IMG/VR virus record: IMGVR_UViG_2895778652_000001
Span: 1-64,000 of that record
Reading direction: 5' to 3' (one strand)
Length of the DNA stretch: 64,000 nucleotides
Source of the DNA: a virus
Taxonomy: Duplodnaviria > Caudoviricetes
Shown one piece after another: positions 58,081 through 64,000 of the stretch. A model generated the notes under the pieces. The model searched no databases. It was not told where the DNA came from and saw nothing but the letters and a program-made list of their open reading frames with translations. Each line of letters begins with the position of its first letter. The first letter of the stretch is position 1. The translations under genes were made by a program, and so were the position numbers.

Positions 58081-58105
58081 GCCCCAGGGGTGAGATCCCA
58101 GGGGC
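58081..58105 (+). promoter_or_regulatory. Conserved leader hairpin, copy 2
   Basis: GCCCCAGGGGTGAGATCCCAGGGGC. Confidence 0.6.
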
Positions 58106-58126
58106 CGCCTACTTGGAGGACTTTCA

Positions 58127-58936
58127 ATGCAAAGCATACAGGAACGGATCACCCAGATTAAAAGCCAGATCGAGGGCGAACGGCAGTTTGACGAGAATGG
58201 TCAGGAGTTCTGGAGCGCACGCGGCCTCGCCCCCATCCTCGGGTACCGGAACTGGGAGCAGATTCCGGGCTTGATCGAACGCGCGAGCGCAGCCGCAGAA
58301 AACGCGGGTGCAAGCGCCCAGAACCATTTTCGACCCGCCTCGAAAATGGTCGCCATCGGCTCCAAGAGCGCCCGCGATCTGCTCGACTTCCGAATGAGCC
58401 GGTATGGCTGTTACCTCTTCGCCATGAACGGCGATCCGCGCAAGCCGGAGATCAGTTGCGCCCAGTCTTACTTCGTCGTCAAGACCCACCAGATGGAGAC
58501 GGTGGAACGCCAGGCCCTGGAGGATCAGCAGGCCCGCGCGCTTCCCGCCGCCGCCCCCACTCTACCCGCGCCTGTCGGCATGGATTTTCTGCAACAGTTC
58601 GCCGGGAACGTGCTGGTGGCCATTCAGCAACAAGCCCACACCACCAAAGAGGAGGTCAAGGCGGAGATCCGCACTGAGATCACTCAGACGCTGGGCGAGT
58701 GGCCCATCAGTGGCAGTCAGCCCCGCGAGATTCATAGCCGCGTCGGCAAGCTCGCCAAGCTCATGGGTGGGCAACGCGCCCACTTCAGTGATGCCTGGAG
58801 GCGTCTGAAGGACCGCTATGAAGTCATCGGGTACCGGGACCTGACTGTAGGCCAGTTCGATGACGCCGTGAAGTTCCTGGATCTTCAAATCGCCTCCTAT
58901 CAGACGGACGGCGGACTCTTCAGGGGTGAGTTGTGA
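58127..58936 (+). CDS. DinD/BRO-family antirepressor with an ORF6C-like C-terminus
   Basis: EFWSARGLAPILGY...SRYGCYLFAMNGDPRKPEI..AQSYF; C-terminal YRDLTVGQFDDAVKFL. Confidence 0.85.
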   Translation: MQSIQERITQIKSQIEGERQFDENGQEFWSARGLAPILGYRNWEQIPGLIERASAAAENAGASAQNHFRPASKMVAIGSKSARDLLDFRMSRYGCYLFAMNGDPRKPEISCAQSYFVVKTHQMETVERQALEDQQARALPAAAPTLPAPVGMDFLQQFAGNVLVAIQQQAHTTKEEVKAEIRTEITQTLGEWPISGSQPREIHSRVGKLAKLMGGQRAHFSDAWRRLKDRYEVIGYRDLTVGQFDDAVKFLDLQIASYQTDGGLFRGEL

Positions 58937-59574
58937 ATCCGAAGGAGCGTCTGCGCCGCTTAGGCAGCTTGCTCAAAGCTGGGCGGGCACAACAGGCCCT
59001 GCCACCCTACGAGAAGCTTTACGACGTCATGGTGCGAGACATCCTCGCCAGAGCGCTGGAGTACGGTTATCCACTGGAAATCCCAGGAGAGGACTATCTG
59101 GACCTCTACCTCGGCCACTCAGAACATCTGGGGGCATACAAGATCGGGATCGGTAAGGATGCTCTGAACCGAGCCAAGTCAATCAAAAGCGTGAATGCCG
59201 CACACGGTCATGGCGACGACTTCAGATTGATCAGGTTTGTACGCGGCCCAAATCGACTGGTCAGGGCCGCCGAAAAGCGGATCAAGGTGCGCTTTGCTCA
59301 CTTGGTGGTTATGGGACGCGAATGGTTCTCGGATATCGAGAGCGATTTTCTAACTGTCTGCGCTGAAGAACAGCGTCAGCTTGCTGAGGACCGACAAACC
59401 TATCTGCTGAATCACGGTCCTATGGAGGACTTGAACCGCACGCGCAGGCTCTTTGAGATTTTCGGCCCGATGGATGCGGCAGCCCGCGTGACCCATCTGG
59501 GGGCGCGAGTCAAGCAATGGGACGACGTCTTCGCCGAGATGGACGAGTGTTGCAGACAGCAGGTGTCAGCGTGA
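58933..59574 (+). CDS. T5orf172 / GIY-YIG-like nuclease-domain protein
   Basis: YKIGIG...R...AEKRI...GREWF. Confidence 0.72.
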   Translation: MNPKERLRRLGSLLKAGRAQQALPPYEKLYDVMVRDILARALEYGYPLEIPGEDYLDLYLGHSEHLGAYKIGIGKDALNRAKSIKSVNAAHGHGDDFRLIRFVRGPNRLVRAAEKRIKVRFAHLVVMGREWFSDIESDFLTVCAEEQRQLAEDRQTYLLNHGPMEDLNRTRRLFEIFGPMDAAARVTHLGARVKQWDDVFAEMDECCRQQVSA

Positions 59575-59936
59575 ATGCCCACCTCCCCACCCTCCTGGCC
59601 GCCGTCAGCCTGGGCCTCAGCGGACTGAACGGCGGGCCTCCCCTGCCGCCCCCACTGGACCGTCCCAATCTGCTGCGCCTGCGCGACGTGCTGGAGACGG
59701 CCAGCATCCTCCCGGAAACGCCCCTGATCCTGACGCCCAGCGATCACGAGGCCCTGCTGGTCTGCGTGCTGACCACCGACGCCTACCTGGACAGTGGGCG
59801 CACCATTGACGGCCCACCGGACCTCCTGCGCGCCCTGGAGGAAGAGCAGCGGCAGGGGGCACGCGAGGCCCTGATGAATGAACTGGATGTCTGGAAGACC
59901 CTGAAATGCTACGGGACCGCCCATGCCCAGCTCTGA
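59571..59936 (+). CDS. Hypothetical protein
   Basis: GTGA overlap. Confidence 0.5.
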   Translation: MNAHLPTLLAAVSLGLSGLNGGPPLPPPLDRPNLLRLRDVLETASILPETPLILTPSDHEALLVCVLTTDAYLDSGRTIDGPPDLLRALEEEQRQGAREALMNELDVWKTLKCYGTAHAQL

Positions 59937-60459
59937 CCCCGGCCAGCTCGCCCTGACCCTCTCCTCCCTCTTCACCGCCAGCCGTACGGACGGACGCCAG
60001 CGGGCGCACACGCTGGGGCATGGCTTACAGCTCACCGTCGGGACAGCAGACGGCGATTTCGTGGCTTTGAGCCGCAAGGCAGGCGAGCCGGACATGCTGG
60101 AGGCCGCAGTGGTGGCCGAGAAGGCAGGCTGGATCAGCTACTCCACAGACTGGCAGGACATCGCCGGATCGCGCTACCTGGTGATCCGCCCCGACTCGCC
60201 CACCGAAGACCCACCGGATGAAGGCGACACCGATCCACCCTCCCCCGAGATCGTCGCCCTGCTGACGGACCCACAAGCCCCCTGGCGACACCGCACCTTC
60301 ACTGCCCAGGCCCATGAGGCCAGGGACGACGCGGTGCGCCGGATGTCGCGGGCGGAGCTGCACGAGGAGATGGCGTGGCTCCGCACGAAATGGGGGCCGC
60401 AGCTCCGGGCATGGCAGCAGGGGCGGCTGCGGGAGGTCTTGGCAGGACCAGCACCGTGA
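59923..60459 (+). CDS. Hypothetical protein
   Basis: Coupled ORF with GC3 bias. Confidence 0.55.
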   Translation: MPSSDPGQLALTLSSLFTASRTDGRQRAHTLGHGLQLTVGTADGDFVALSRKAGEPDMLEAAVVAEKAGWISYSTDWQDIAGSRYLVIRPDSPTEDPPDEGDTDPPSPEIVALLTDPQAPWRHRTFTAQAHEARDDAVRRMSRAELHEEMAWLRTKWGPQLRAWQQGRLREVLAGPAP

Positions 60460-60575
60460 ACGGCAGTGGGTTTCAGGCCACCATTGCCAGCCATTCGCGC
60501 TATGTTGTAAGCACCCCGGCGGTCACCGAGCAACAGACCAAAAGGGAAAAACCCCAGTGGGAGCCGGCCAGCTCG

Positions 60576-60597
60576 TAATCCACAGAGGTTATCCACA
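60576..60597 (+). promoter_or_regulatory. Tandem DnaA boxes
   Basis: TAATCCACA (60576, one mismatch) and a perfect TTATCCACA (60589). Confidence 0.6.
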
Positions 60598-60655
60598 CCG
60601 TTTTAGTTGCCGCCTTTACGCGGTGGCTTTCGCCTACCCATAGGATACGCGCCCT

Positions 60656-62185
60656 ATGGGGTTCGGTCAACCGAGACCGAATGGCCCCGAGAGAAGGGCC
60701 AGGAGCGTTAGGAGTTCCACCTTGAATTCAGCCGAGTTTTTACGCTGGGAAAGAGACAGCCGCGACACCCTCGATTTCAAAAAAGTTTACGTCGATATGA
60801 CAGGCGATCTCGCCGCTGGCCTGCTGTTGAGTCAGATCGTGTACTGGCATCTCCCGAACAGGGAAGGGAACGTCAAGCTGCGCGTCCAGAAGGACGGCCA
60901 CCTGTGGATCGCCAAGCAATGGACGCAGTGGTGGGCCGAGGTGCGCCTGACCGAGAAGCAGGCCATCCGTGCAGGCGAGATTCTGGCCAGCAAGGGCATC
61001 GTCATCAAACAGGTCTACAAATTCGCCGGGGACCGCACCACGCACCTGCGTCTGGACTGGGACGTGTTCCTGACTCTCTGGAACGAGACCTCAAAGAAGT
61101 CTGAGGAGGAGCGCAATGCCGAGCCGGGTACCCGGACCAAACGCCCCGATCTGACCCGTCGCCCAAAGGCTAAGGACGGAGAAGCCAAACCTCGGTCAAA
61201 GGCGAAAGCGGAAGCGGGTGAGGGGGATTTGCAAAACGCCGAAAGGGAGTTTTCCAAAACGCCGAATGGGAGTTTTGCAAAACACCCAAAGGGGGCGACC
61301 GAAAACGCCGAAACGGGGTTACCTATAACAGAGAACACCACAAAGACTTTTCCAGAGACTTTACAGAGAGGTGGTGAATACAACGTTACTGGTAACGCAC
61401 CCGCGCCCGAGGGTCCAGAGGCGCAGGTAAGCCAGATCAACAACGCACCGATCACCACCACAATCGCTTCGCGCCCAGAAGATGAAGGCGAGGCAGACAG
61501 CCCATCCGCAAGCGTGGCCGTGCTGCCGCCTGACGGCGGGGACGCTGACGCGTCCATCACAGACGACGAACTGAGCTTCCTATTTGGAGATCAGGGTCAG
61601 GCGAACGAAAAATCGGCAACGATGACTGCTCCTGAAAATGTTCCGCCCGCCGCGCCGCCTGTCGTGGTTGCGCCTGTCCCGGCCTCTGACGAGCCGCATG
61701 ACCCGGAGGAAACCCGCGCCCTGCTGGTCCCAGCTCTGGGTGGCCAGAAGAAGCTCAACGACCTGATGGACGAAACCCCGCCGGGCCTGCGCTATGGGCA
61801 GCGGCGGGGCTGGATCACCCAGATCAACCCCGAGCGGGCCGTCGAGGTGATCGCCGAGGCCCGCAAGACCGCCGGTTCGGACAACCCCTGGACGTACATC
61901 ATCCGGGCGCTGGACAAGGAAGTCGGGGGTCAGATCAAGGGTGGGAAAGGTGGCACCATGACTGCCGTGACCCCGATGCCCGGGGCGTACCTGACCCCGG
62001 AGGAACAGGCCACCCGCGAAGCCGCCCTGCCTCCGGTGGCCGAGGGAGAAACCTGGTACGGCAGACGCTCTGGCAAGGCTTACCAGATTGCGGAAGTCAG
62101 CAGCCGCAGCGCCTTCGTCGAGGGCCTGGGCGAATACCAGTTCCAGAAATTCCACAGCGAATTCACCAACGAGAAGCGCGGATGA
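60656..62185 (+). CDS. Phage replication initiator (lambda O-like architecture); real start may be TTG 60722
   Basis: N-terminal wHTH (AAGLLLSQIVYW...WIAK...W..EVRLT), internal iterons, ITENTT linker motif. Confidence 0.82.
   Translation: MGFGQPRPNGPERRARSVRSSTLNSAEFLRWERDSRDTLDFKKVYVDMTGDLAAGLLLSQIVYWHLPNREGNVKLRVQKDGHLWIAKQWTQWWAEVRLTEKQAIRAGEILASKGIVIKQVYKFAGDRTTHLRLDWDVFLTLWNETSKKSEEERNAEPGTRTKRPDLTRRPKAKDGEAKPRSKAKAEAGEGDLQNAEREFSKTPNGSFAKHPKGATENAETGLPITENTTKTFPETLQRGGEYNVTGNAPAPEGPEAQVSQINNAPITTTIASRPEDEGEADSPSASVAVLPPDGGDADASITDDELSFLFGDQGQANEKSATMTAPENVPPAAPPVVVAPVPASDEPHDPEETRALLVPALGGQKKLNDLMDETPPGLRYGQRRGWITQINPERAVEVIAEARKTAGSDNPWTYIIRALDKEVGGQIKGGKGGTMTAVTPMPGAYLTPEEQATREAALPPVAEGETWYGRRSGKAYQIAEVSSRSAFVEGLGEYQFQKFHSEFTNEKRG
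61222..61316 (+). repeat. Four 23-bp iterons (replication origin candidate)
   Basis: CAAAACGCCGAA-type cores at 61232, 61255, 61278 and 61301. Confidence 0.85.
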
Positions 62186-62285
62186 ACCGCCAGGAATTTG
62201 ACGCCCAACTGCGGGCCTCCCCCGACGCGGCTTCCACTGACCTGCTGGTGGCTGGCCTGTTGACCCCGCCCAAAAGGAGCCTCTG

Positions 62286-62714
62286 GTGACCGTCCCCACC
62301 CGCCCCAGTCCCCACCCGTACACCCGCATGCTCTCCGGCCCGGACCTGGATCACGCCTGGACGGTTACCAATGGCATGATTGCCATCCTCGGCGAACACG
62401 AGACCCTGACCTTCCCCGTGGGGGCCACCTGGCCGGGCCTGGACGCCCTGCCGTCCGACTGGCTCGACGAACTGCGCCCCGCTGAGACTGTGTCCGTCTC
62501 GGGCAGCCTGACGCGCAAAGCACTGCCCAGCGAACTGGAGTCCGGGCTGGCGCTGGTGCATGCCCAGATGCTGCGCACCGGGTCGCTGGCGCTGCGGCTG
62601 ACCCGGCTGGACCGCTTGACCTCGGGCACGCTGAACCAGTCCACCCAGGCGGCGCTGGTGGGCGCGCGGCGCGAGTCGGTCACGAAAGTCCGCACGGAGA
62701 TGGGGCAGGCGTGA
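62286..62714 (+). CDS. Short Crp/Fnr-family HTH protein
   Basis: C-terminal QSTQAALVGARRESVTKV matches the CRP-type recognition helix; AAGGAG RBS. Confidence 0.7.
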   Translation: MTVPTRPSPHPYTRMLSGPDLDHAWTVTNGMIAILGEHETLTFPVGATWPGLDALPSDWLDELRPAETVSVSGSLTRKALPSELESGLALVHAQMLRTGSLALRLTRLDRLTSGTLNQSTQAALVGARRESVTKVRTEMGQA

Positions 62715-63655
62715 CCCTTCCCGTCCACCGCGAGATCCCGGACGGCCTGAACCACAAGACCGGTCTGAAGCGGCTGGGCCTGTCCCCCACGGGGGACGTT
62801 TTGGCCCTGTACGAGTACCGCACCCGGAAAGGGTACGAGCGCTGCAACCTGTACGCCGTGGCGGCAGCAGCCCCGATAGACCGCGCGGGCGAGGCCCAGG
62901 CCAGGAAGACCCGCAAGCTGGCCCGCGACGCCCGCCGCCTGGAACTCCAGGCCCACTTCGCCGAGGAGGTGGCCACCCTGGAAGCCGAAGCCCTGTCAGC
63001 AGCACAGGCCCATTGGCGCAAGGGGCTGAAGAAACTCCAGCGCTGGGCCGCCGCGCCGAACATGCTGATCCTCGACACGGAAACCACTGGCCTGGCCGGG
63101 CAGATCATCGAGATCGCGGTGGTCCGGCTGGACGGCACGCCGCTGGTGAACACCCTCGTGCGCCCCACGGTGGCCATCGAGGAGGGCGCGCACCGCGTTC
63201 ACGGGTTGACCGAGGCGGACCTGCGTGACGCGCCGTCATGGCCGGAGGTGCTGGCGCTGCTCAGCCCGGTCATGCAGGGCCATTGGTGCGTCGCATTCAG
63301 TGCCGACTTTGACCGGCGCGCCTGCGCCACCAGCAATGCCGCACACGGCCTGAGCAATCCCCTGACCGACGCGCAGTTCTGGCGCTGCGCCATGAACGCC
63401 TACGCCCCGATCGGCTGGCACTGGAGCGACTACCACGGCGAGTGGCGCTGGACCTCCCTTCGCAACGCCTGTCTCCAGCAGGATGTCCCTCCCGAGGCCG
63501 AGACCCACCGCGCCCTCGGCGGCGCACAGGCCCTGGCCGCGTTGATGACCCGGCTGAGCAGCGCGCCGCCTGAACTGCCCACGACACTGCCGGACGGCAT
63601 GACCGTGACCGAGGAGGATGTGGGCTGGTCCCCGGAAGAACACCCGGACTGGTAA
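62711..63655 (+). CDS. DEDDh 3'-5' exonuclease (DnaQ-like)
   Basis: ILDTETTG, VHGLT, FSADFD, HRALG. Confidence 0.88.
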   Translation: MTLPVHREIPDGLNHKTGLKRLGLSPTGDVLALYEYRTRKGYERCNLYAVAAAAPIDRAGEAQARKTRKLARDARRLELQAHFAEEVATLEAEALSAAQAHWRKGLKKLQRWAAAPNMLILDTETTGLAGQIIEIAVVRLDGTPLVNTLVRPTVAIEEGAHRVHGLTEADLRDAPSWPEVLALLSPVMQGHWCVAFSADFDRRACATSNAAHGLSNPLTDAQFWRCAMNAYAPIGWHWSDYHGEWRWTSLRNACLQQDVPPEAETHRALGGAQALAALMTRLSSAPPELPTTLPDGMTVTEEDVGWSPEEHPDW

Positions 63656-63912
63656 ACGGCCATCTGGCGGAATTCTTCGTGCCCGTTACCAGGCGTTCAA
63701 TCCACGGCATGGCAACCCACCAGACCGCCCCCGTCCTCCGCCTCCCCACCGCCCTGCCCGTCGGCTCCTGGGTGTTCCACGCGGGCCGTGACCGCCGCGT
63801 CCTGAGCGTGCGGTACTCGCCCAGCCGGGATGACTACCAGCACGTCCTGAGCTAGTCCGTCCCTCTCCCCCGCCCTGGCCTCCCGGCTGGGGCGCGTCCT
63901 TTGGAGGCCCAC

Positions 63913-64000
63913 ATGTTCACCCGCATCATCAACCGCTTCCGACTCCGGCGAATCCCGGCAGAGACCCGCGTGCTGCATGCCCTGCTCACCGGCCACCAGT
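63913..64000 (+). CDS. Hypothetical protein, truncated by the window end
   Basis: GGAGG RBS before ATG 63913; open to the window end. Confidence 0.5.
   Translation, partial: MFTRIINRFRLRRIPAETRVLHALLTGHQ

Noticed and set aside
61222-61316. Regular repeats considered as a CRISPR array
   Set aside because: They are tandem 23-bp units with no unique spacers, lie inside the rep gene, and no cas genes are present. They fit iterons.
1-64000. Diversity-generating retroelement, retron or group II intron
   Set aside because: No reverse transcriptase motif (YxDD in RT context) was found in any credible ORF.

Overview
This is a high-GC temperate siphovirus prophage or phage-plasmid. The host is probably Deinococcus, inferred from the ParA Walker-A variant, the recombinase type and many leaderless -10/ATG starts. 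From left to right the window holds: a tail module (2407-aa tape measure with an internal NlpC/P60-like domain, baseplate proteins, beta-helix fibres); a first tyrosine recombinase cassette; a lysis module; a methyltransferase-Mrr fusion; an ISL3 transposase followed by a small divergent switch with cargo genes; parAB; a long leftward early operon with three methyltransferase-family genes; a lambda-like immunity region (cI-like, cro-like, shared operators); a rightward early operon with Rha and DinD/BRO antirepressors; a ~1.3 kb structured non-coding region with two tRNA-like elements; a second recombinase; and a replication initiator with internal iterons and upstream DnaA boxes. The main candidate novelty is a TPR-like protein (48110-49486) coupled to a 44-aa secreted propeptide (49483-49617). 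The pair sits between the left operator and the cI-like repressor and resembles an arbitrium/RRNPPA peptide communication system in a non-Firmicute phage. All product calls come from reading motifs by eye; no database searches were run.
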